From Octopus sinensis (taxonomy: Eukaryota), in assembly GCF_006345805.1 (NCBI RefSeq), contig NW_021832424.1, positions 1 to 60,709 on the forward strand: DNA of 60,709 nucleotides, in the 5' to 3' direction. Of this stretch, positions 38,628 through 51,523 are shown piece after piece. The notes under the pieces were generated by a model that worked only from the letters and a program-made list of their open reading frames with translations, made no database searches and was not told where the DNA came from. The first letter of the stretch is position 1. Every line of letters starts with the position of its first letter. The translations under genes and the position numbers were made by a program.

Positions 38628-39630
38628 CATCCGGTTGTGTCAAAACTTTTCTTTTTGTATTTTAAGATTTGATTACATACGGAAAACGTTTATTTATCAA
38701 AATATACCTTGTTGGATTCTATTGACTGTTGCGATCATAATGTCAGAAGCTCGATTCCATGTTTATACCATTTGACTGGCTTAGGAGTAAAAAACTCCCA
38801 GTACTCGTTCTAACTTCATCCAAACTATTGAACGTTGAAGAAGGTGAGGTGTACATGAGGAATGTTTGAAGGATCTTGGGAATAGGAAATTCGTTTGCGG
38901 TCCCCAGCCGCAAGTATATCCCTATTGGGAGAACGTCTTGTTTGCCGTAGATTTTCCACAGACGCAGGGACAGGACGGGTTGAAGCCGCCGTTTGCCGGA
39001 TCAGACGCTTCTGTTCACCAGAGCCCCGTAAGCCGGGTGCGACTCTGATACCGCTGGGTGTCAGAACAATCCGCCTTGGGTGGCCCTACCAGAAACCGAA
39101 GTCTCCGACGGCATCGAGCAGGAGATGAGTCATGATTCGAGAAAGGTGACAATCCGATGGCACATGGTCTGGACTGTAGTTAAGGTGAGGCAGCATTTCT
39201 AGCCCCTCAAATTCCAAGTTTGGGCTTGGACAGAATGGCAGTGTATACTGGGGAATTTCCATACTGTTGGAGTGTGTGTGTACGTTTGACCAATGCCGAG
39301 TAATGGGCTTTGAAAGCATCATATACCCACTGTAGTAGTAAACATAAAACTTAGTGATCACAGGATGACTATCTTGAACAAGCACTAAGTGCAACACACC
39401 CTCAAAATTCGACCAAACACACAACATGCCCTTTTGTTCAAACTGCCCTTATATGACAACAAGTCTGAAGTCTGGCCGGAACAAAGCCACTCCATTACGA
39501 AAATAGATCCATATTGTCACCGCACACCCAGTTACAATTCGACGCCAAAAACGGGGATTTTCCAGCAGTTGTTTGTCAATGTTCACGTATTGTTGGGCTT
39601 GGTCATTGGTCAGTTCACGAGGACTTCTCT
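38628..39630 (-). mobile_element. Decayed mariner transposase, interrupted by a GC-rich insert (~38860-39118)
   Basis: MLCVWSNFEGVLH, LEMLPHLNYSPDHVPSDCHL, then beyond the insert FNSLDEV..WYKHGIELL..VYFDK. Confidence 0.8.
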
Positions 39631-41016
39631 ACGGTTAAATAAGCATATATACATATGTGGTGTATGTGTGTGTGTGTGCGTGTGTGTGTATTTGTGTGTG
39701 TGTGTGTTCTATAAGTCAAGAGTTCAAACGAGATTAGATATAATATAAAACGATATCTTGAATGTATTCCAATTAAATATGTTAGATTAATATTTCAGTA
39801 GTTTGAAAATTGATCTAGCAATTTGGGTAGCTACAACTAAGTTAAACATGGTAGCACTAATTAATATTATACTGTTATTCCTATTTGTAAGTGATGACCT
39901 AGTGTAAATCTCGAGTTCAGTACCAGATATTCTGTTTAAATATTCTGGTTATCGCTTCTGTGGAAATTTGAACTATAGTTCAACGATTTATTTGCTTATC
40001 TAAAAGGATTAGAGAGGTCAAAATGTTGTATTTGTGGAGATTGTTTTCTATGCTAATGTGGAATCCGAAGATTTTCGAAATAAAATCCTAGTTTGTTTTC
40101 AGATTTTATTTTAATTTCGGACTTGCAATAATGCAAAACAACACATGTCGCCATATCTATATAATCCACTTTCAAAGTTAGAAAGCAAAATTTTTAATTT
40201 GTGTATAATTAATAAGTTGATTAGTTCATTAAGTTAGGCCGTCGTGATCATCATTGTTTGAGTCAAAGAAGTGTTTTATCCAGATGGCACCACGTTAATT
40301 GACAAGCATTTCAGAGGCTTACGATATAATATCAATTTCAGTGTCACTGATGTCGGTTAATGATTTCGCAAAATTAATAATATCCACTAATAAAGTTAGT
40401 GCGCTAATAAGATTAACGTGATGCACAAGTAATATTATTTTAAATTAAATGAAAACTGTCAGAGTTAAAACAAACTAGAAATTAAGTGTTATCCTTATGT
40501 CTTATTAATTTAAATCATTTGATTAATTCTCGGATATTTTCTGTGAAGTCAAGCGGACACCGTCTTCAGATTTGGTGATAAATTCATATAAATATTTGCT
40601 GATTACATTAGAGACTGTTCTAGTTATATATCTAAATCTAGGTTTTTGCATGAAATTATATATTGATCCTTCAGTGTAATGAAATATGAATTAGGTAAAA
40701 ATGGCTCAGTTCTATGATTTAAATCTTCAAGAATTTTTATCCATAGAGATTAACATCATCAATCCTATTTTCAACGTACGTTTTTTTTAAGGATTTAGAA
40801 ATATGTCTACTCTGTGTTGTTTTATAAATGTCAAACCAATGTTTCGTTTCATAGGCAGAATAAACATTTATTCCTAATTGAGTTGTTTTTAATATATTTT
40901 GGAAACTTAATTTGATCGGAATTGAGTAGTTTGATTTATTTTGGAACCCATATTATATTCTCTAAAATTAATGCTATAAGTTTTTTCAAATGTTTTCTAC
41001 AAATCTTTCACTTCAC

Positions 41017-41390
41017 AACGAAGAGCTGAAGCTCTACACCCTAAAGAAAAGCCGAGAAAGATATACAGGGATATACATATGAAAGATCCTGGAAGCCTAG
41101 CTCTACGACTTTGGAATTGAAAGTTATACCAACCACCAAACTGGACGGCACTGCATATTACCAAAATCCCGTCTTCTCCACCTGGAATAAGGACACAGCA
41201 GTGTAACATTTTGGGTTTCAAGGGTCCATAACTTTTCAACATTCTGCTAAACTTCCAATATAGAGCTGTAGGGCTTCAAAGTGCGGCTGGAAATTTTTTT
41301 TTTATCTGAGATACGAGATGAAACCACATCGCAGCAGGAGGCACAAAGAAGAGAAGCTCCGTCCATCTCACTACTTTCCCAGAAACAGTG
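41017..41390 (+). mobile_element. CR1-group LINE 3' coding remnant
   Basis: EELKLYTLKKSRERYTGIYI*KILE..FGIESYTN..TGRHC and GFKGP.LFNIL resemble L..L.LYSL.RRRERY.IIY.WKILE. Confidence 0.75.
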
Positions 41391-41752
41391 CAGAGAAGCT
41401 CGAACAAACTGACAGGCGGAGCTCCAGCATGGCCTCAGCCGCTGGTAATGTAAACATCGATCACTCATACATGGTGAATATATCTTCTGCGGGATAACGT
41501 CCTGGGAAAGCCCCCTACACGACTCTAAGTGTTAAAGAACAACTAAATGTCACAAACCAGGAGAGGAAACTTTTCGAAATGTCTAATTGATTTTATCGAT
41601 ATATGTTTTAATGCGTATGTGTGTGTGTGTGTGTGTTTGTGAGTGTGTGTGCACGCGCGCGCATGTCAATATGTGAGTATATGTATATAAGTATATATAT
41701 ATGTATGCAGGAGGATATGAGTCTGTGTACTTATCCGTGTCTATGTATGTAC

Positions 41753-42101
41753 GGAGGCGCAATGGCCTAGTGGTTAGGGCAGCGCACTCGCGGTTTCGAT
41801 TCCCAGGCCGGGCATTGTGAGTGTTTATTGAGCGAAAGCACCTAAAGCTCCACGAGGCTCCGGCAGAGGGTGGTGGCGATCCTTGCTGCACTCTTTCACC
41901 ATAACTTTCTCTCACTCTTTCTTCCTGTTTCTGTTGTACCTGTAATTCAAAGGGCCAGCCTTGTCACACTAAATCTCCCTGAGAATTACATTAAGGGTAC
42001 ACGCGTCTGTGAGTGCTCAGCCACTTGCACGTTAATTTCACGAGCAGGCTGTTCCGTTGATCGGATCAACTGGAACCCTCGTCGACGTGACCGACGGAGC
42101 A
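41753..42101 (+). mobile_element. tRNA-derived SINE, family C (near full length)
   Basis: A box TGGCCTAGTGG, B box GTTTCGATTCC; tail shared with the other family C fragments. Confidence 0.85.
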
Positions 42102-42345
42102 CCACGATATGCATGTACATATGTATACATGTATGTATCTGCACAGGCGCATGCAAAATGAACACCTACATACACACTCATTGTTTTTTTTTAGTACATT
42201 AAAAAGCATTCATTAAAAAGATTACTTAAAAGTACTATTTTCAAACATTACTTAAAAAGTGATGCATTTCAAGACTTCGATTGCAGCTGTTATATCATCA
42301 GTGACGAGATATGATGTGTGTGTGTGTGTATGTGTGTGTGTGTGT

Positions 42346-42398
<53 letters not shown>

Positions 42399-42403
<5 letters not shown>

Positions 42404-42639
42404 CAGTATATCACTGTACCAAATATAACCGTACAGCAATAAGCGATGCAACAAGAGTTGGTTATCTTATCATAACAGTCCAATGCTCCAAAGCATTATC
42501 AATAGCGAGACTAAAGCTCCACAGTTCGACCTCGACTGTCTACTGGCTCATCTATTTATAAAACTCCTCTAGTACACAGACAGTCGCGTTAGTTCTCTCC
42601 ACGACAGTAGCCAGTACTAGCTTATTCAACTTTGTTACG
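42399..42639 (-). mobile_element. Possible short solo LTR
   Basis: Ends tgtaaca..tgttacg, TATAAATA on the minus strand; no clear TSD or poly(A) signal. Confidence 0.3.
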
Positions 42640-43556
42640 AAATAAATCGGAAAAGAAACTCACTATAGAATTTAAACTGTACTATGACAAATACCTCTAC
42701 GAAATGCGAAGCACCGGCACCTGAACGCATTCCAGCCCAAAAGTCCTTACTTGATCGGGGCATGACGTCTAAAACGTCACTTAAAAGACTACTCCAGTTT
42801 ATGCTATTAAGCTAGTTAATTTAAATGTAACCGGAGTCAGTAATGTCCGAGAGCTATCTAAATTATCTAAGTTGTGTGTGTGTGTGTGTGTTGTGTGTTC
42901 TAATTATATTAGGGTAGTCTCAACACATTTCAGTATGATCAGAATAAAATTATTGTAGCAATGTGTATAACCTATACAATGTATATACATACGTAGAATG
43001 GCACTTGCGAATATTGCTGTAACAGACTTTGAATGTTAAAAACACAGAGTTTGCTCAGAATCTCGGCAGTGGGCCATCAAACACCAGTGTTGTGAATTGA
43101 TTTGACCTCCTGGAGAACCAATACTCTCGCACATTCTCAGTCAGTCGAATTCATCGTTCGTATACAGAAATGAACAAACTAGACTGTTTTGTGCAAAAGC
43201 TGACCTGGCTAAAATTAATTCTAAACTTACACTTGGAACAGCATTGTATTAAGATAAGAATGGGTTATATTAATTTTGTGTCAAAGACATTTCTAAGAGA
43301 CTTTTGCCGTTAGAAATACAGATCAAAGACAAAAATCTGTCAGCAGGTGGTCAGACACCAGTGTTTAGATCTAATTTTGTATCTTCAATAGGAAAATAGC
43401 TTCTTAAGAAAATGAAGGTTACACGTAAATATTTCTGAAATATGGTTATAGTTGAATGTTAGAGAATATAGTGTAAGGAATGATGAAGATTGAGAAAGCT
43501 AAAGTTGTCGTCTGCATTAATTATAGATTGCTCAGATGCCTGTAGCGTAATGGCAG

Positions 43557-44729
43557 TGTAGCGTTGGTGGAATGCATCCGCTCTCTGAGATATGCAGTAC
43601 AAATAATGTCGTAGCATATAACAGTTAACTTTTGGCTGCTATTTGGACCCTGTTGTGTCCACTAATCTGATTGGTTGGCATTGGCGCAGTTTGTCTCTTG
43701 ACTTATTTCGCGCCAATGTGGAAACCAGCCAATCAGAACCTTCCAATAAGATCATGTGACATAATCTTTTGGGTTTTCTTCTGAGCCTCTAGAATGTTAT
43801 AAAAACCCAGCGATCCAGTGAATCGAGGTCTTTGGTGTCTGACCATTGACCACACCAGACCAGCCAGTTCCTGCGACCACCAGCGACCCAGCCAAGTTCC
43901 TGCTCCAGCCAGCGACGATACCAACACCAACATACAGCAACTCAGGACCGTCCACCACCGTCGCCTTCATCTCGACGTCGCCACCATCAACACCGACGCC
44001 TTAGCTTATCGTCGCCCTTCAATTTCACGTCGTTTCCATCTCCGTCGCTTTCATCTGCAGCAACACCAATACGTACCCAGCAACTCGCTTTAGGTTTAGC
44101 TTTCACGCTGTTGGGTATACACACCAAGGTTAACAGCACAACACTACCGGCGACATCTTCTGTATCGATGTAACCTGGCAAATGGATCGAAGCCCAACCT
44201 CTACACGCGTAGTAACTGCTCTCCTGTTTGCCTCAACTTCATTGACACAGAACAAACTGCTATTGTGTACCTGTACGAACTGGTATTTATCCCCATCTTG
44301 TCTGAAATATCCTAAGAGACTCTTTTGTATGCTGTGTATTTTGTCTTACTCGCATACACCATGTTTGTTCTTTTGTACACATTTACACGAACACACAGGC
44401 ACAAACACTATGTCGCACGTACCGTTGTTAGTACTTACAACGGACACACAGACACATATGTGCACGCACTCAGACACTACACTCTGCTAGCGCGTAAACT
44501 GACTGGTCTGGCGTGGTCAATGGTCAAACACCAAAGACCTCGATTCACTGGATCGCTGGGTTTTTATAACATTCTAGAGGCTCCAGAAGAAAACCCAAAA
44601 GACTATGTCACATGATCTTATTGGAAGGTTCTGATTGGTTGGTTTCCACATTGGCGCTAAATAAGTCAAGAGACAAACTGCGCCTATGCCAACCAATCAG
44701 ATTAGTGGATGCATTCCATCAGCGCTACA
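43557..44729 (+). mobile_element. Probable solo LTR (43557-44481, TGTAG..CTACA) followed by an inverted copy of its 5' part (44497-44729)
   Basis: CCAAT boxes and ttataaaa in the left arm. 44497-44729 is the reverse complement of 43557-43868 minus ~77 bp. Confidence 0.65.
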
Positions 44730-44832
44730 GTAGGATCGGTCCATATTTATTTTAATATGCTTTGCTGCAAAAACGTGAATGTAGGTTGACTGGTAGATTC
44801 GTAGTAATATATAAAACGACAAGACATTAGAC

Positions 44833-45203
44833 CAGTGCTACTCAAACTGGTGGTCCGCGGACTGGTGCCGGTCCGCGAGCCATCAGCTGCCGGTACGCGG
44901 CGAGTTTACAATGTTCTGTAATATTGTATATGGCATATGGCATAGTGGTTAACAGCACGGGCTACTAACCCCAAGATTCTGAGTTAGATTCCAGGCAGTG
45001 ACCTGGATAATAATAATACCTGAAAAATTGTATTATTTGTTTACAAAATATGTATAAGATAAAAAAGAATGTCAATTTTTATTTTATTCATTAAATATAT
45101 TGCTTCCGGTATAAATTGATATTACTAAGAAATATTACTGGTCACTGACACATTGAAAAAATAAACTGCCGGTCCGCCACATCAGATCGTTTAAGAAGCA
45201 CTG
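44833..45203. mobile_element. hAT-type MITE containing a lone head of the HHR-SINE (~44932-45017)
   Basis: TIR cagtgctactcaaac / gtttaagaagcactg; 8-bp flanks cattagac / cattatag. Confidence 0.75.
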
Positions 45204-46137
45204 CATTATAGGGTACTATTAATTGTATAGAAAATTGTACCAAGAACTTAATGGACTCTTTAGTGATGAAATCTAGGGTGTCATGAAAGCTATAAGGTCA
45301 GCATAATTAATATATTTGAACGGACAATACAAAAAAACAAGTGTGGGTATTTAATTTAGAAACTGAGAATGTATAGAGTTCGTAGAAAGGATGGTCATTA
45401 ATTGCTGTGAGAAGAAGGTCCATATTAATTGTCATTTAAGATGTTTAGCTCTTTGAATAGACTATGAAGGCATCTGAAAGATTTAAATATTCTTTATTGT
45501 TCTGAGAAGCAGTTAAAAACATACTTTCACAAAAAGAATTTCGAAGATCACCGCTGAAAAATGTGAACGCATTTTTATTGTCCGTTTACAACTTGGAATG
45601 TGACTACATCTTCCATTTCACCTTTTAATTATATGTATTTAAATATGTTTGTTTATACATGTGTGTGTGTGTGTGTATGTGTGTGTTCACGCGCGCGCGT
45701 ACGTGTATTCGTGTGTACCTGTGTGTTTGTGTGTGGAAGATAGAGAGAGAGAGGGGGGAGATTTCCATACAGCTTCCATCAACGAAAGTCCACTCACTGG
45801 GTATGACAAGGTTATGACGGAAGATATGTCGTCATTGTGGCAACTGGATCAAAATCTTAAGCTTGTGGTAACAAAACGAACTCCTTAATCACACAGCTAC
45901 TTCTGTGCTCAGTTAATGATATCATGCTTGTAGCAATCAATAATATATTACACTCACTTTAATTAATACAATATATTAAAACATTTACTTTGCTTTCATC
46001 AATCTCTTCTACTATAATTCCGTTCACATTTAGGATGCAGCCATTACTTCATCATTTCTTTATCTTAATAAACGGGGAATGCAAACCTGACTTTAGTGGA
46101 ATTTAAATTCCGAATGGCATGGCAGATTACCAATTAC

Positions 46138-46358
46138 TGTTAACACGCCGGTCCAAATGCCTAGCGGTATTTCATCTGCAGTTACGTTGTGTGTTCAAAT
46201 TCCGTCGAGGTCGACTTTGCCTTTCATCCTTTCGGGGTCGATAAATTAAGTACCAGTTACACGCACTGGGGTCGATGTAATCGACTTAATACCTATGTCT
46301 CTCCTTGTTTGTCCCCTCTGTGTTTAGCCCCTTGTGGGTAATAAAGAAATAGGTATTT
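46138..46358 (+). mobile_element. SINE family A with Tx1-like tail
   Basis: Same core and tail as 7809-8023, followed by ggtattt, the start of another unit. Confidence 0.85.
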
Positions 46359-46571
46359 TGTTTAACGTTCGCCTAATTCTAATATTCCACTGTCATAGTT
46401 TAGTACAGAGGTTCTCAAACATTTTGGGCCATCATGGCCACATAATACCCTCAGCGCCCCACCTTATTTTTATGTATAAATAAATATTTTATATTTTGCT
46501 AATTTATATATACCATGAATCATTTGATATTTAATATAATATTATATAATTTGTATACAGTACTATAATAA

Positions 46572-46716
46572 TATTTACATTATTTACATTTGACGGATAT
46601 TTGTCCTCATCTTGTTTGTTGCTAACACAACGTTTCGGCTGATATACCCTGCAGCTTCCATCAGGTGTCTTGGGGAAATTTCGATCCTGGGTTCTCATTC
46701 CTAAGGTATTTCTCGA

Positions 46717-46766
<50 letters not shown>

Positions 46767-46835
46767 TCACTTCCTGGAATCGAACCCAGAATCTTGGGGT
46801 TAGTACCCGCGCTCTTAACCACTATGCTATATGCC
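46572..46835 (-). mobile_element. tRNA-headed HHR-SINE, full copy
   Basis: Minus strand TAGCATAGTGG / GGTTCGATTCC head, (AAT)n linker, HHR tail. Confidence 0.85.
46624..46669 (-). ncRNA. Minimal hammerhead motif in SINE tail (decayed, A9G)
   Basis: gacac-CTGATGG-aagctg..cagcc-GAAAC-GTT-gtgtt. Confidence 0.55.
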
Positions 46836-46844
46836 CGTGACCTC

Positions 46845-46914
<70 letters not shown>

Positions 46915-47011
46915 TAACCAACAGAGCATCACAACAAATCACAGCACGTACCCAAGGCACACAGAGCTGCGCTCGGTAGTGAAGTGAAAGCACGCTATAA
47001 AAATAAAACTA

Positions 47012-47014
<3 letters not shown>
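46915..47014 (+). mobile_element. R4/Dong-like 3' UTR fragment within (AAT)n
   Basis: Near-identical to ~35277-35375. Confidence 0.8.
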
Positions 47015-47088
<74 letters not shown>

Positions 47089-47161
47089 TATTAATAATAA
47101 TAATAACAACAACATCGAAAAATACCTTAAGAATGAGAACCCAGGATCGAAAATTCCCCAA

Positions 47162-47207
47162 GACACCTGATGAAGCCTGGAGGGTATATCAGCCGAAACG
47201 TTATGTT
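47162..47207 (+). ncRNA. Minimal hammerhead motif in SINE tail (copy 3; tail ~47105-47290)
   Basis: gacac-CTGATGA-a-GCCTG..CAGCC-GAAAC-GTT-atgtt. Confidence 0.6.
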
Positions 47208-48899
47208 AACAATAAACAGGATGAGGAAAAATACCCGTCAAATGCGAATAATGTAAATAATGTACATAATTCTTCATCTCTTAAATATAAAACTGTATAA
47301 TAGTATTACAATAAATTCATAGCGTCCCTCAATTCACTGCCTTCCTCCCAACGCCTCCTTTTTCTCTATTGCTCCCTTAGGCACCAGCGCTCATCTGGAA
47401 CGTCTCAATGCCCATCGGGGGGCGATAGCGCCCACTTTGAGAACCTATGGTTTAGTGGAGACGGCGAGTGAATCTCTGTATTGTAACTGATTGAAATAAA
47501 TGTTCTTCAAATCACTTGCTACAATCTGACCACGCTTCTTAAAAGAAGGCCACACAGGGTAACGCAACCTGTGCCTGCAAAGTAGGGAAAACGCATGGAA
47601 AGATAACGTCTGGCGCGCCTTTGAATAAATGTCTACAAGGTTACTATACTGTTTTCTGAATTTTACTAAACAGAAAGAGAAAAATCGACCTTGTCTACGC
47701 ATTTCAACTCTAAAAGATATCGCTACAAAATTAATTTACAGCTATATAAAAGTAAATGTGAGTAACCAAAACCGGTAGAGCATAATTTTATAGACGATGT
47801 GGCTACTATTTCTAGTAGGACGAGTGATGGCATACGCTTCCCCCACGGAGCTGTGAGTGTTTTGAGACAAATCTAGCGAAGAATAATTTTCTCTTTCATT
47901 CTATGGTTCAATCCAGTTCATTACGGCCAACTGGAGCACCCTCAAATACTAGAGTTTTTCAGCTCTATTAATATATTTGTTCTCTTAGAATAAATATTCT
48001 TTCGAAATCGATGCACACTTCCTGCAGATAGTATAAGATTAAGTACAGTTTTTAAGCGTATCACGTAGTGTGAGTATATCGGTTAACGAGTGAGAAATAA
48101 CGGGGAAAGAGGACATGGAGAAAAGAGATAGGGTGAGTGACGTGTGTGTGTGTGTATGTGTGTGTGTGAGTGTGTGAGTGAGAGAGAGAGGGAGAGAGAG
48201 AGAGAGAGAGAAAGAGAATGGTAATGTAACGCATCGTTTAGTTTTAACATGTAGCTTGTTTGGGAAATATATCCGTTTACAAGAATGAAAAAGAGAGATA
48301 GAGAAGGAATAAAGGAGGGAGAGAGAGAGAGAATAATGGAGAGAGTGAGAGAATAATGGAGAGAGGGGGAGAATAATGGAAAGAGATGCGGGAAACAGAA
48401 TGGGGACAAGAAATAGAAACGAGAATAATGAGAAAGACAATAGTAATGTGACGCAGAGTTAAGTTTTAAAATGTAGCTTGTATTGCCAATATAACTGTCA
48501 TTGAAATAAATAGTGATTGATGACACATTTGCTTTTAGAAATTCCATTAGTTTGTATTAATTTCGATACAAGAAAGAGAACTCAACACAGGTCATGAATG
48601 GATCAGTTAACTTAGAAAAGTATCCAAACATATTCTTTTGATCTTCTATTATGGTCATTAGATTTGTCAGATTAGCATTTGTTTAAGTTATTCATTAGCT
48701 TTTTGCATTTAACTGAATGTGGTTTTGGAGCTTTGTTATTTTAATAATTGATAAATTGCTTCAATCTACCATAACTTTTCTCTCAATTCCACTTTCACTT
48801 TCACTTCCATTAATTCCCATAGGTCCTCTCTCCCTTTCTGAATTTGGAGCTCTCTTCCTTCACACCCACCACTCTCGTCCAGTCATTCTATTACAAGTC

Positions 48900-49430
48900 A
48901 GTTTCTTTCTTTCGTTTGTTCTCTAGTTGTTTATCTGGTAACTTTTGCCTCCCATTTTCTCTTCCTCTCGCCTTCACCTTTTCATCGCTTTCGACCCTTC
49001 CGTCACTCTTCTTTCTCTCTCTCCCTCTCTCGCTCTCTTTTCACTTTCTCTCCCTCTCTCGCTCTCTTTCTCTCACTCTCTCTCTCTCTCTCTCTCATTA
49101 AACTCCTCTTTCTCCCCACTTTTGTCACTCATCAGCTGTCTCGTCACTCTCTTCTTCCTCTCTCATTTCTCTCGCCATACTCATCTCTCCCGTTACTCCC
49201 CTCTCTCTTTCATCGCTCTCGCCTCTCTCTCATCTTTTTCTCGTCTTTCTCTCGTCTTCTTCACGTCTCTTTCTCTCTTTCTCTTTGTATTAGTTCCCCA
49301 TCTCTCTCCCTATCTCTCTCTCTATCATGTTTTCTTATTCTCTCTTTCTTCCTCTGTATCATGTTCCCCTTCTCTCTCTCCTCTCTCTCTCTCTTTCTCT
49401 CTCTCTATCTCTTTCTACTTCCCTCTCAGC
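48900..49430. repeat. CT-rich polypyrimidine low-complexity tract
   Basis: Degenerate (CT)n. Confidence 0.85.
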
Positions 49431-49766
49431 GAAAGTGTTGCATTAAAACATAACATTCTTAAAAACGTACCGTGACATCGACCATTCTTCTGCTCCATTA
49501 ATCTTTTTATATCTACTTAAAGCTCTGAATTTCTTATTTATAATTTTTCTTCATTATTTATTTGTCTTGTGCGGTGTAATGTGTATTTAATGAACTCCTA
49601 CATTTCGCAACACATTGTGAATAAATCCTTCATGATCCGCTACAATTCTTAAAATCCCACATGGCTCAATAAATGAAAAACTACAACAACAATAATAAGA
49701 ACAAGAACAAGAACAAGAACAGCAACAACAACAACAACAATAATAACGATGATGATGATGATGATT

Positions 49767-49798
<32 letters not shown>

Positions 49799-49832
49799 GG
49801 TGGTGGTGGTATTGATGAAGATGATAATGGTG

Positions 49833-49874
<42 letters not shown>

Positions 49875-51145
49875 TAATAATAATAATGATCTCTTCATGC
49901 AAGCTTAAGTTGTTTATTTTTGATAATTACTAAGGATATTTTCTTATAAACTGGGTTTTTTTTTTTACCTTTTTATAATGAGTTTATCATTTTTTTGTAT
50001 ATCCCTCTTTAGATCTTTATACCCCAGGTTTTCCAGAAGTAATTCGCTCGCATAACATTTAGCGTAATGGCTAAACCAAGCTATTATATAAAGTAAAGCA
50101 AAACATAATAAGAATGAACGTAAAAGCAATGCAATATTCAAGTTGGATATTCGCTATTAGATTAATAGATTTCGAAATTGCTGACACTACGATCCTTATG
50201 TCATTCACAAAGTCGCTTCAATTTAGTTGCGTGGGTTTCGAGAACTAAACTGGCCGCCGCCTTCCATAAACGTAACTAACTTTTGACAACAGAAACTGTT
50301 GTATATAAAGTGATCGGCTCTGCATGGTCCCTTCTCCTTACACAACCAACACTCCACCATTGATTACCTATCCGCCCAATCATTCTCTCACTGATTCACA
50401 GTCTCACTCAATTTCTTTTCCAATCTCTCTCAAAAAGGAGAGACTTTATACACATGTAGTTATATTTATCTACCTGTCTGTCTTTGGTATCTATTTATCT
50501 ATCCATGTGCCTTGTTGACTAACTATCTGCTCTCTCTCTCTCTCTCTTTCTCTCTCTCTGTATTTCTATCTGTGTCCTCTCTCTCTTTCTCTCTCTCTGT
50601 ATTTCTCTCTGTGTCATCTCTCTCTTTATTTCTGTCTCTATGTTACTTTCTGACAGATTGTCTACTTGTTTTTTTTCTTTTCCTCTCTCTCCCTCTCTGT
50701 CTGACTGTCTCTCTCTATTTATTTATCTCTGTATCTCTCTATCTATCTATCCCTCTATCTTCTATATTTTCAATGTATTTTCGTAACCAGATACAGGTAT
50801 CTACAGTGAAGTTAGTTTAGAAACTGATTCTCAGAGTCTTAATAGTGACATTGCTACAAGGGTTAGTCAGAAAAAGATTAACTCAAAATGCGCAGATCCA
50901 ATGCTTTCGAATTTATGCCGGAGCCAAGTAAAGTACAGTTTAGGGTGCTCTTTTTCATCGAAGATTATAAAATGGCCGTAATACTATGGAAGTCACGTAG
51001 TTAGATAAATATATATCCACCTCTTATATCTCCTGACTTGTATATATATATATATATATATATAGGAAAATGTGTTGTTGAAATAACAGGTTTTGTTGAT
51101 TTCTGCTGCTTTTAATAAAGTATATATATATATATTATAATATAT

Positions 51146-51177
<32 letters not shown>

Positions 51178-51218
51178 CTATATAATATATATATATATAG
51201 GTATGATATATATATATG

Positions 51219-51271
<53 letters not shown>

Positions 51272-51287
51272 ATATAATATATATATG

Positions 51288-51399
<112 letters not shown>

Positions 51400-51482
51400 A
51401 TATATATATATATATAATAGGTTGTTGAAAATGCAACTAATTTCAAAACCTCGTAAATGTTTAAAATACATTTATTTACATA

Positions 51483-51523
51483 TACCAAACTAGTTTCAAC
51501 AAAATTTTTGTTTATCAATGGTA
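51483..51523 (-). ncRNA. Minimal type I hammerhead, U3-A8 covariant
   Basis: Minus strand tacca-TTGATAA-acaaa-aat-tttgt-t-GAAAC-ta-GTT-tggta, in a unit (~51418-52258) bounded by (TA)n. Confidence 0.65.

Larger units (their letters stand above)
46406..47449. mobile_element. hAT-type MITE hosting nested insertions
   Basis: TIR cagaggttctcaaac / ctttgagaacctatg; 8-bp flanks gtttagta / gtttagtg. Confidence 0.75.

Noticed and set aside
40515-40556. Minus-strand CTGAAGA..GAAA
   Set aside because: Stems I and III do not pair.
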